Of a DNA stretch of 64,000 nucleotides, positions 11,721 to 22,499 are shown one piece after another. The notes under the pieces were generated by a model. The model had not been told where the DNA came from. It saw nothing but the letters and a program-made list of their open reading frames with translations, and made no database searches. The stretch is from Trypanosoma brucei (lineage: Eukaryota), in the NCBI GenBank assembly GCA_000002445.1, contig CM000207.1, forward strand, positions 2,816,001 to 2,880,000, given 5' to 3'. Numbering within the stretch: the first letter of the stretch is position 1; the number at the start of each line of letters is the position of its first letter. A program made the position numbers and the translations under genes.

Positions 11721-13663
11721 GTTGTGCGGAACGAAATTTGAAGATGACGTGAAGCACTTAAAACAATGGCGCGGCTGCAGTGGCAGTAAATGAGTAATTA
11801 AGAGTGAATGTACGAGAGAAAAAAGTTACGTTATAACAGATAATGAACTCTTGGAAACAGCTTATGTGCAGTATCCAGCGGATATCCAAAGAATAGTATC
11901 ATTATTATACGGAAAAAGCAGAAGATATAAAGTATAAGTACACGGGGGCCATTGAACGGGACAACTGTAATTACTTCGTTACTCGATGAAAAAGAAGTAT
12001 CAGAATCTGGTTACCAAGGCATAGATAAAACAGGCGCTAAAAGAATAAGGGAGCGCATATATTAAGCGATGGAGGAACTTAATAAAGTGGAGAAGAACGA
12101 TGATAATACCCCCCCCCATTTACGTATTGGTATACTTTTCAGACACAAAGGCATTTTTAAAAAAAGGATATCCATATAAAAGTGTTTGATGATGCGCAAC
12201 TAACGAAGCTCATTAACAGAGATAAATCAGATAGGAAGGTACATGTGGATCCCATGATACCAGATATAAAGCGCTATATGTTTAAAAACGACAGAAATGC
12301 AGAAGAAACAAACAGATGTGTAGACTATTCCTTGAAAAACAGAGACACTAGTTGTTTATTTCTTCAGCAAGTAATAGAGATTTGCCGTCAGGTGGAAGAA
12401 AAAATGAACATAAGATTAGAATTTTATGGCGTAGATATGTGTGTTGTATTTGGAATATATTGAGAAGTGAATTAGATGTATAACTTAGATACAAAAACCA
12501 ACAGGAATACAATGACACGAATAAGAGATAAAACCCATAATCTTCGGCTAAACGAACTGTTTTGACAAACTTCCCATACCGGATGAGCCAATAGAAATCG
12601 ACATAAAAACGGGATTTATAAAGTAACATAGACTCATATAGTCGAAACAAGAGCAGAACGTAAAAACTTCTGAGTCCAATTGAAGCATATTAGAACAAAG
12701 AAGAGTCTTTCACAAGAACATACTAAGGATATAGTTAATAGAAGTGGTGTGGATATGAAAAATCCCCATGAAGCTGTAAGAGCCGAAGCCAACTACATAC
12801 AGCAAGTAGCCGTAACAGAGGTGAGCAGCCACAAGCATGCGTAACAATAGATATAAAATTTTCTGCCCAGAAAAAAAAGACTAAGAATTATTTTTTTTAT
12901 ATTTTCTTCGTGCCTTCGTGAGAGTTTCCCCCCACTGGCGCGGCCATCAGCCATCACCGTAGAGCCCTGAAATGCTATCGGTCTGGCGACTGTGGCAGAG
13001 TCTCCATTTTTTTTTCAGCCTAACACACTCTCTATAATTTTTGTTGTAGCTCCGCAGTTGAACGGAATACAGCAGATGGGGCGAGAAGCCACCCAACCCG
13101 GACTCTCCCAAAGATGTCAATTAGCAATCCTTTTGTTTTGATTTTTGTTATTCGTTTATTATTCTCTCCCCTCTTTCTGTTTCTGTTGCTTGTTGATTGC
13201 ATACCCCCTCTGTCTCTGAGGGTGTCTGGACTATTCCTGCGTCCGGTGCTTTTCCTGCTAGCTCCACACTCGGCAATAAGGGGGGAAGTTGCAGAATGGA
13301 GAGTGGGTTGTATGACTGATACATTAGGGGAGGACTTCACCTGCGGCCGGCTTCGTTCAACCGCAATGAGAAACTGCGCCAGCCTTTTAGAGAAACATAT
13401 ATCCTGCACACATACACACCTTCCACCGCAAACCTAACACGTAACTCCTTCAAATCGGGACAGTTCATCAGGTGCAGCGCCGTTTCTTCGCAGTCGCCGC
13501 GTTGGCTGGTAACAGCGCGCTCTACCTTCATATTGTGCATCTTATTTTGATGTAAGGTGAGGCCAGTTCTGCTAGCACACTGCCTTCAGCATGTCGATCA
13601 CACCAACATGGATGTGTTTGTATGTGGGGAATCAGTGACACACAATTTTGTGCTTTTGCTGCA

Positions 13664-14458
13664 TTAAAGCTCGACTCTCTCACCTTTATGGAAAGCCTTA
13701 CAGTGTCGGATGGGAGAGTCCCTGCAACTGAGCACTTTTTGGCACACACCACACTGCTCCTCGCCTTTCCCCGGGACGTCAACGTTTCCTTCACGGGCAC
13801 GCTTACGAGGGAATTGCACCACCACCACGGTACCGTCCTCCGTCACTATGCTCTTATGTTTGAATTTCTTGTGTAGTGACCGGGAAGAGCGTGTACCGAA
13901 GCTCGCCTCACACAGGTCACATTGAAACGGCAGCTTCCGTGTATCCTGAGAGGCTGGCGCTGCTGGAGCGCTACCATCTCTTTGCAATGAGTCCTCGTTC
14001 TCCCGCCCCCTTTTCACGCGGCAACTACCGCTGCCTATGCCATGTATTGTTCTAAGGTGGTGTAATAGTCGGCCTGGCACTGCGAATTTGGAGGCACAGA
14101 GGGTACAATGAAGCACCTGCGGTCTCATCGAGACTCGTGTGCTCGATGGTAGAGGAACGATCGCCACCACTGGAGGGGGCTCCGGGGAGATGTCCACTGC
14201 AGGTGTTGCATCGCCGTATTTGATCCTCCGGAAGGCATAAGCTCGCACAAAGCCATGTTTGTTTACCCTGTGCGTTACAGCACTCGAGTGGGATTGGTAT
14301 TTGGCATCACATTCCGTACATTTGGTCGGTTCGGAGGTTCTCTGAAGAGTGCGTGTCGCAACAGTTGGGGCTGTTTGTATTGTTGGCCCTATCGCTGCAT
14401 GTTGTGGGTTGCACCATCGGCACTGTGGAGGCACACTCGGGTTGATCTTTCGCAACAT
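13664..14458 (-). pseudogene. ingi C-terminal C2H2 zinc-finger segment (264 aa ORF)
   Basis: Repeated CxxC…HxxxH units (CTECDAKYQSHSSAVTHRVNKHG, CTLCASKFAVPGRLLHHLRTIHG, CDLCEASFGTRSSRSLHKKFKH, CGVCQKVLSCRDSPIRHCKAFH). Confidence 0.75.
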
Positions 14459-14520
14459 CCATCCATAGTGTCTTGAAGACCCAACCCGAAAGCGTGCCAG
14501 TGCCGTTTCTTCTTCCCTCG

Positions 14521-16866
14521 TCAGTTCTTCCTTATGTTTTGTTGGAAAGTGGTTGCCGTGATACCAAACCTATGAGTGTTATCATGGACTTCTTCCGACC
14601 TAAGCACTCGCTTCGCATAAGCAATGATGTCGGGGATCCATGTATCTCGCAACTGTGGTAAATCTGCGGACTTTTTGGCCATTTCATCACAAACCTCATT
14701 CCGTTTCACGCCACAATGGCCAAACACAAATTGCAGTTGGATACGCACCTTCCTTCTCTGAACTTGAAGCAGAAGCCTCCATAGTCGTCTTATAATTGGG
14801 TCAGTTACGGCTAGGGGGCCTGTCTGCAGTGCTGTTAACATTGACAGCGAGTCAGAGAAGATGGACAACCTGCTCGGTGTGCTTCTGTATGCCGGAAGCC
14901 ATTTCAGCAGCCGTTGCAGTCCTATCTCTAATGCTACGCATTCCGCTCTGTAACTGCATGAGAGTTCCCCTGCTCCGGTCTTGGGTGCACAAATCAGCGT
15001 GTTTTTTCTATAGAGCAGGGCAGCTGCCCCGGACTTCTCACCGAGGGACACGGATCCATCAGTACACAATTCGTAGTGCTCTCGCCGCGGTGGCTCCTTC
15101 CCCCTCCGTGCAAAATGCCGTTCAATCCACTTTTCGGAAACCTCCCTTTTGACATCGTCAGGGTCATCAGCGCACACAGGCTTTATCTGCGTGTGAAATA
15201 TCGGTCGGCAGCTGTGGCGGAGCGTCGCTGTCTCTAGTGGGTGCTCGCGTGGCTCAATGCGGAGGTGGGGATAAGACCGCATGATGCGGGAATGTAAGAC
15301 TCTGACTGGATGTTTGCTGTGGTATACTTCCTCATCACTGCGCCGCAAACATCCGCCTCGTGACTCACACATCAGCATGAATTTTATGCTGTGCACAAGA
15401 GTGGCCGTCTTGAGTGGCAGGAGGTTTGCTTCCAGCAGAGAGTTCTCTTTGCGCGTCCCATGCGGTATGCCGGCTATGATGCGACTGGCTTTGTGTTGTG
15501 CTGCTGCAAGGAGGTCTAGACTTCGTTTTGAAGCGTCCCAGTACCATACCTCAATGCCATACATGGTGTGTGCCTGTACGAGTGCTAGATAAAAAGCTCT
15601 CAGTACTTGTCGTCTTGGCCTCCATGTAGAAGCTGAGATGGATGCTATCTGCAGTAGTCTCAAGTCCATCTTGCGTCTCGTTTCGGCCGCATGTGTTGCC
15701 ATCCCTTGCAGACACTGGAATGTTACTCCTAGAAGCTTCGGTGTCCTGTCAGCTCCTATTCTTTCGCCGTCTAGTTGTAATGTAAGGGGATGGCGCTCTA
15801 TACACCCGAAGAGTGTGCACTTTGTTTTCGCTATATTGACAGACATGAAGTACTCTTGTGACCACTGTAACACCACGTTGAGGCCGCATTGTAGTGTGTG
15901 GTTGATGGCATCCCTCTCTGTGTGTCTCGCAAGTAGCGTTAGGTCGTTTGCAAAGAATCCGTGCTGCAGTAACGGCACTTCTGCAAGGCGCTGGCTCAAC
16001 GAGTTCATGACAATAATGAACATGATTGGGCCAAGGACAGTTCCTTTTGACACTCCTCGCTCAAATGTTCTGCTTCTGGAAAGCCTCTCCTTGAATCTCA
16101 CTCTGCCAGTTCGGTTACTCAGAAATGATACGCACCACTTCACAATGTGGGGTGATACCTTCATTCTGTGCATTTTCCTCGCAATTTTGTCGTGATCTAC
16201 TGTATCGAATGCCTTCTCGTAGTCAACGAATACAGCACCTGTACGATATTGGTGCGTGGGACGGCAGAGGGCAGCGCGGACGTGCAGCAGTTGTTCGAGC
16301 GTTGAGCATCCGGGGCGAAAGCCTGATTGCTGCGGCGTCAGCTGGGACTCAACAGTGTCTCTAAGCCTCGCGGCAATTATGCGCTCCATGACTTTGCAGA
16401 GACAGCTTGTGAGCGTCACAGGCCTGTAAGAATCGAGGTCCTCCGCCTTTTTTCCGGCCTTCAGGATGGGGATGATAACACCAATCTTCCATGCAGGCAG
16501 CACGACTCCCGTTCGTAGGCTCTCATTGAATAGCCTCAGCACAACATTCAGCGCTGTTCTACCGAGATGTTGCAGTGCCTCGTTGTATAGGCAATCAGGT
16601 CCTGCTGCGGATCCACTCGGAAGTAGTTTGATCGATCTCCGTAGTTCAGCCATCGTGATGGGACTGAACTCACTCGCTATCGTCTTTATTGGTGCCGGTG
16701 GGTGTGAGTCGGGTTGCCTTCTTGCGCGGGACGAGTACAGTTTACTGAACCTCTCAGCTTGACGGTAGTCCGTGATGGCCGCGTTATCAACAAGTACAGC
16801 CAGTGTGGTTAGTGGTCGTGGCGCATATACCTTCTTGACAATGTGCCAACTGCAGCGGTCTGACAC
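14521..16866 (-). pseudogene. ingi reverse transcriptase / RNase H segment (781 aa ORF), separated from the other ORF pieces by frameshifts and stops
   Basis: RT motifs present (…FVDYEKAFDTV…, …GVSKGTVLGPIMFIIVM…, …FFANDLTLLA…). RNase H-like …CTDGSVSLGEKSGAAALLY…. Confidence 0.85.
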
Positions 16867-17490
16867 CGCAAGTCTGGAGCATAGTGTGCTTCACCTCTTT
16901 TTTGTGGTACGGTCCAGGATCTGCTTACGCGTGGCTACCAACATTTCCCTTCGGTGGGAGGATCCGCATCCAGCGATCTCTTCATCGAGTTTCGCGAGCT
17001 CAGGTGTCCAATGTGGTGGCGTTGCTCTGCAGCTACGGGGGACGGAGACCTTCGTCGCAATGCGGATGGCGGAGCTCAATTTCTGTTCCAGGGTGTTGAC
17101 ATTCTTCTCTCTACCAATTTTCCTGCAGAGCTCGTCAACCTTGAGATGGAAATTCCTTCAGTTAGCTTTTAGCCATGCGTACATGGGCTTTCGAGGCCGC
17201 GTGCAACTCAGTGCATCTGTGTCGTCTCCAACGATAACGTCGAAAAATATGTGATGGTGATCGCTATCTGGAGAATACAGCGATATCCACGTGTACACTG
17301 TGCAATTCCTTGACAGTGTCACATCAGGGGTGGACTCCCCGTGGTGGCGCGCGTACCTGGTGCACTGACCAGTGTTGCAGACCAGAAACTGGTTGTCAAT
17401 GCACCACTGTGTGAGGGTTTCACCCTTGGTATTTGGTGGGCTCGCGCGATCCCATGCCAACGAGTGTGCGTTAGCATCTGCACCGATGAG

Positions 17491-17916
17491 CTAAGCACTG
17501 TCAGTTGTCAGAAGCGTATCTAGGTCAGTTGCCGTGAAGGTGTGTTTTGGTGGGATGTATGCCGACGTGACAGTCAGCGCCTTTCCACGTGCAAGGTGAA
17601 TTGTTGCATGCACTTGTTCAATGCGACCAATAACGGCCATACAGGTCTCGACTGGTAGGTCTTTCCTCACTAGTATTGATACACCACCTCCTCTGCAGTT
17701 ACGAGCTATTCCGTTATGTTGGTAGCCAGCAACGCTAAAGCAAGCCGCCTCTCCAGGCGTCATTCTTGTCTCACTCAACAGACAAAAGGCGATCCGCTCA
17801 TCAACAAGGGTTTTGTGGAGTGCTAATCTCTTTCCTTGAGATAGCCCGGCGCAGTTCCACTGCATCCCGCGCAACGACGGGCCGGGATTCTCTTCCATGT
17901 CACCGAACAGCAGCAT
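17491..17916 (-). pseudogene. ingi ORF fragment: N-terminal 2A-like peptide (DMEENPGP) followed by an AP-endonuclease-like region
   Basis: Sequence MLLFGDMEENPGPSLRGMQWNCAGL….ILVRKDLPVE… is an N-terminal endonuclease domain of the L1Tc/ingi clade. The D-x-E-x-NPGP motif lies at 17878..17901. Confidence 0.75.
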
Positions 17917-18642
17917 CTTAGTGCGGATGATACTGCTGATGGCACGCTGGCACGTGCCCAGGGACCGACAAATGAAGAACGGTGTCCCAGCAAGACGCTG
18001 CTGATCCCTGTGCTGTATGATGCCGTAGCCGGAGCACAGCAGTGTTCCCCATGAAAGGAACGCTGCTGCCTCTTGGCTTCCCCAGATGATACGGGGTACT
18101 GGACCCTGGCACCACGTTGAGGTGGCCGTAATCGCCAGGTGTTTGGCTTGTCTCTGCCTGTTCCGAGAATTAGTTACCTATGGTGGAGGACGAATTTTTA
18201 GGTGAATTAAGAAAAACCATACCAGCTGTATTTTTTGTGCCAGATTGCCGTGTATCCATGATAGAGTCATGAGTCGAAACTATGAACTTTTCAAAGAATA
18301 TATGAGAGCATATAAACAGTGCGGCGGTTAGTTGCCTTCCACTCCAAATCCTTATTTGCGTCAGTTTCAAAGACTGTATTTCCCCTGTGTATACTCGACT
18401 GTTCCTCTATATCATTTCATCTCCATCATATCCTTGTGTACGATTGTGCACACAATCATAACGTTAGTGTTTGAACCTGGAAAACTTCTATACTCTATCT
18501 TTCTTCTCCTTTTTCCATTTTATTTAGCAATATTCCACATCATCACTTCAAATCCATTATGCATACGATTACTCTCGTTGCACACATACCATTGTCTTAA
18601 CTGCATTTTTTGTGTTTTTCATTCATTTTTATAGTTACTACT

Positions 18643-18750
18643 CTTATTATAATATTCGTATATACACACTCACAAAACTATCCAATAATAATTATTACTG
18701 CTACTATATTACTATTACTATCCTTACTATCACTGTTATAACCGTAACTG
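18643..18750 (-). repeat. 70-bp repeat (antisense orientation on plus strand, about 1.5 copies)
   Basis: Sequence cttattataatattcgtatatacacactcacaaaactatccaataataattattactgctactatattactattac is the reverse complement of the consensus. Confidence 0.85.
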
Positions 18751-18959
18751 ATATACATAAAATATATAAAGAAAATAAAAATATTACTCATTTCCATACT
18801 TTACTACTACACTACGTTATACCTGTATGTTATAGTAATACGCTTCTTTTTAAAACTTTTAATTTTGTGACCTGTTTTCATATTTTTACTAGAAAGCATT
18901 AGAGTTCATCGAATGTTATCAATTTTAGCAAACTATCTCAAAATAGAGAATTTCATAAC

Positions 18960-20290
18960 ATTCTTAAAATTGGGCAAGTTTTCTTTTAAGTTTTATGCTA
19001 TAATCAAAAAAGCAAGCAAAAATAGGGGCCTTGTTAATGACAACAGAATTGCTTCCTGTGGTGTTTGTGGCTTTTCTATCATCTTCTGATTTCATTCCTT
19101 CTTAAAGTTTGCACTTTTCACCTTTGTGCTCGCAATCTTTGTCTGCTGTACATTTACTTTCTTCTGTATCTTCCTTGCATTTTTTGATTTCTTCGAATCC
19201 ACTGCTTTTGTTTGTTGAGCCGCCGCTATCTGCGCGCGATCGGCTAGCAATATGCTTATTGCATTTAGTGCCTTGCCTTCGGTGCTGACGTCCCCAATAT
19301 CCACAGCTTGCACCTCTCCCCCTTTATAAATTTTAACCTTGTGGCCTGGTTTTAGAGTAGTGAATTTTGCGTTAAAGGCGTCGTTGTCTTTTCCATATGC
19401 GTCTTTTAAAAATTTAGTTAGTTGTTTGCTCTTCCTCTGAAAGTTTTGCCTTCCTCTGCACCCCTGTAGGTGGGTGCTGGCGGCTTGGACGACCAGCATT
19501 TCCGCAGCTAGTGCTTCCACGTTTAATGTCATTTTCTGGAATGTTGCTGGTTATGTTCGCAAGGCGTTACAGATAACTTTTGTGGCGTATTCTGCTGGCT
19601 TTCCTTCCTCTGTTGCATCGTTGTGCGTTGGGTTGCAGTCACGGACACTGTCTTGGTTCCTGTAAATTTGTAGTTTTTTGATCGGCTCAGTTCTCGGGGT
19701 CGCTTGTATTCCCGTCTGAATTATGGTTGGCGACAGAGTTGTTATTGTATCTTGTACGCAGTTAGCTGCAGCGTCTGCCCAGGTGCCGTAGCTTTGCGGA
19801 CTTTGGTTGCATCTTCCGCTCATGGCCAGTTGTATGACAGTCCAGCGGTTCCTTTTGTCTTTTTACTGCTGTCTGCTACGCGTAAACTTAGCAGCTTGCT
19901 TGGCTGCGTGTCTAGACTGATAATTTTGCTCTCGCCTGCTCATTGTGCGCGGTGCACCCTATTGCTGGTCAATCTTTCCTTGCTTTGCGAGACTTGTCAA
20001 AACCGTTATCAGCGCCAGTTCTTTAAGATACTATGTCAGGTGCGCTGCTGTGTTCGCTGCCTCGGTTGCAGGCTGTGTCACTTGTGCTTTTGACTTCTCC
20101 TCGTCGGCTGCCCCGACGATAGTACACAGAAATCCAAATATCTTTTTTTTTCTCCCTTGGCTGAGCACGCTGCTTTGCACCCCATTTGCAGCAGGGATAT
20201 TGCCAGTGTTGCCGCTACTATGAGCATTGGTTGCTTTACTCGTTTGGTGCCGTTCCGCGGCACCAACGTATTTAGCTGCTGCCTCTTCAT
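18960..20290 (-). pseudogene. VSG: VSG pseudogene (short and degenerate). The C-terminal domain KCKEDTEESKCTADKDCEHKGEKCKL and the tail …TNTTGSNSVVINKAPIFACFF… are in shifted frames.
   Basis: ORFs 20078..20290, 19551..19823 and 19092..19532 are VSG-like but fall in different frames. The conserved 3' end ccttgttaatgacaacagaattgcttcctgtggtgtttg is shared with other VSGs in the window. Confidence 0.65.
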
Positions 20291-22169
20291 TAAGCCGCTA
20301 GTGGTTGTGGCTTCTAGCGTTGTCCTGTTGTGGTGTTGGTGAACAGAAAATGTGGACCCTGTTTGAGTCGTTAACTAGAGTGCTCGTCGCAGATAGTGCC
20401 GGCATCGATCCCCGCGGACGGCAAGTATTTAGCTTACACCAAGGATGGATCTGCCTCAACGTGGCGCTATGGTCTAGTACCAGAAGAGAAATAGGCTGGG
20501 AAGCCAAATGTTCCATCCAAACGGCGGCCGCAACACCAGATATGGTGCGACCGCTCCGTGGGGAGAGAACCATTACTTAGTGTTCCACCACGGTTCAGCA
20601 CCCTGATCAGGTGGGGGAACGAAAATCCCTGATACAACCTCTGTCCGAGGAGGCAGATAGATATGGTAAACATGGTTCAGACGCAACGTGTCGGGGATCA
20701 AATGGGCGTCAAATGGAAGACCGTACCCCTTGACACGCACACATGCGGTCGCCCACATGTTGGTGTCAATTCTCAAAAAAAAACAGGGTCTTTTAGTGTG
20801 TAGGAATGACAATCTCCAGTGTGGAGTCTCACACTACCACGTTCTAGTGGCGTGGTGTGCGTAAATGCATTTCCTTTTTACCCTCTGGTGGACTGGCTGC
20901 GTGGTCCTGACGGTTGCACGAGGGAAAAAAAAAATTTTTACTGCCGCTTTTTCTTTTTGTTTTAGGTTTGTTGTTAATTCTCTAATTTCGGAAATTATTG
21001 CTTCCTTTCTTGGATGCCGCCTCTTATGTGTTGCGTTTGACTTGTTTTTTTCTAGATAGAGGTCTGCTTTGGGTTTCAACTTAATAAGCTTATTAATGTT
21101 GCCGGTCCGGTCGGTCAGTAGTTTGACTGCGCGTGCTGGCGCTTTTACTGGAGCTTCGAATAACTTCGCTAGTGCGGTCATTTTCCCTTGAGAGGCGTCC
21201 ACCATCGTCTGCACAAACCGGCGGGATAACATTGATTTCCAGTATACTGATCACGAGTATTATGCAGTGTGCCTTCATAGTCTGCTGTGTTGCTTTAGGT
21301 AAACTATAGATAGTTACTGAAAGAGCCTAAGTTCCTCTGCTTTCTGTTTGTTTTAAAGCTCGCCGATTTCTTGGTTGTTCTGGTGGTCAAGAGTGGCTAT
21401 GAGGGCGAAAACTTTTATGTTTAACACCTGTATGTAGTTGGAAACCCGAAGCCTGATGCCAGCTACGCAAACCACATGTTGTTGGTTTTTTTTGAAATCT
21501 TCCGATTATTTATTTGGGGTTACGGTTGGCTAGAATTCTGAGTGCATGCCGTTTATCCTGCGCTGCTACGCAGAAAAAATTAGAACTCTTTGTAGAATTC
21601 AAAACCGTCTTTACTATCTTCAATAAAATTCCCTCTGCATCATGGTTATACTCCTTCAAAAGTGAAAGCACAAAAACGCCCTATAAAGAATCAGTTAACT
21701 TTTGTCAAACAGCACGTTAGTTTTAGCTTTAAAATTAAAAGGTGGAGCCGCTACCATAACCACTGCTATAGGGTCTACCCCTTTTTGAGTAAAAACGGGG
21801 TATCATCGGCTGAAGATGTATTATTTTTCACTTTTCTGATGTGTATATCGTTTTTTACTCTATGTTTCCTTATTTTCTTCTTTTTCTGCTTCCATCACTC
21901 CGGACAACATACAAAGTTCGTTTGGCCAACATAATGCACTCTGTCCCTCCATCATTGACATTCTCCATCACCTTGTGTATAATAATGACCATATTCGTGT
22001 TAGTGCTTAAAAAATTTAGCATGCTCTATTTCCGTTTCTCTTTTTGTTTTTCTACTTTTCCTTTAATTATATTCCTCCTACTTTCCCACCCAACTCACTC
22101 ACTTACATTGCACACTCGCTATTTTTAAGTCTTTCTGTATTACCTGGACGGAGTTTCTTCACTACTATT

Positions 22170-22250
22170 GCTCTTATTATAATATACATAATTATATACT
22201 ATTCCATTTATATCGTTTTATCCGCTGCTTCGATTACCATTATTATAAAA
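22170..22250 (-). repeat. Degenerate 70-bp repeat remnant
   Basis: Sequence ctcttattataatatacataattatatactattcc… has partial similarity to the reverse-complemented consensus. It is preceded by the cccacccaactcactcacttac motif seen next to other repeats. Confidence 0.4.
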
Positions 22251-22499
22251 AGCCCAAATACTATCCATTATATATACAAAATAAACTAAATTAGAATGGC
22301 ACTCATTTTTCATACTTCATCACTATACTGCTTTGTAACAATTGTATACCATCACGTACGTTTTAGCAAATTTTGAAACTTTCAAATTTTTACATTTTCA
22401 ATGTAAAGTGCCAAAATATGTTAAATATCAGCAAACGTTTTCAACAAAATTAATAAAATTGAGCAAAAATCTTCTTAAATGTAAAATGATACCAAAATC

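Larger units (their letters stand above)
12860..18140 (-). mobile_element. ingi: ingi non-LTR retrotransposon, degenerate (about 5.3 kb). Order is 5' end, 2A-like leader, AP endonuclease, RT/RNase H, C2H2 zinc fingers, A-rich 3' end.
   Basis: The 5' terminus read on the minus strand is CCTGGCGATTACGGCCACCTCAACGTGGTGCCAGGGTCCAGTACCCCGTATCATCTGGGG (about 18060-18139), the ingi/RIME 5' end. The A-rich tail sits at about 12866-12900. Internal ORFs carry a FANDLTL RT motif, RNase H and CxxC…HxxxH fingers. Boundaries are accurate to about 50 bp. Confidence 0.85.

Noticed and set aside
14796-17254. Plus-strand ORFs of 98-185 aa inside the ingi region (14796..15152, 15638..16195, 16772..17254 and others)
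   Set aside because: They lie antisense to the ingi RT/RNase H coding sequence and have no recognisable motifs. The coding strand there is clearly minus, given its RT, RNase H and zinc-finger motifs.
19092-19532. A 146-aa ORF with a Lys/Ala-rich, histone-like or ribosomal-looking tail (…KAVDSKKSKNARKIQKKVNVQQTKIASTKVKSANFKKE)
   Set aside because: The same nucleotides read in the adjacent frame give a typical VSG C-terminal Cys-rich block (KCKEDTEESKCTADKDCEHKGEKCKL). The basic tail is the out-of-frame reading of a VSG C-terminal domain inside a VSG pseudogene.
21490-21510. A short G-strand-like string (ggggttacggttgg) as a second telomeric remnant
   Set aside because: Only about two hexamer-like units with no flanking repeat context, which is within chance expectation.
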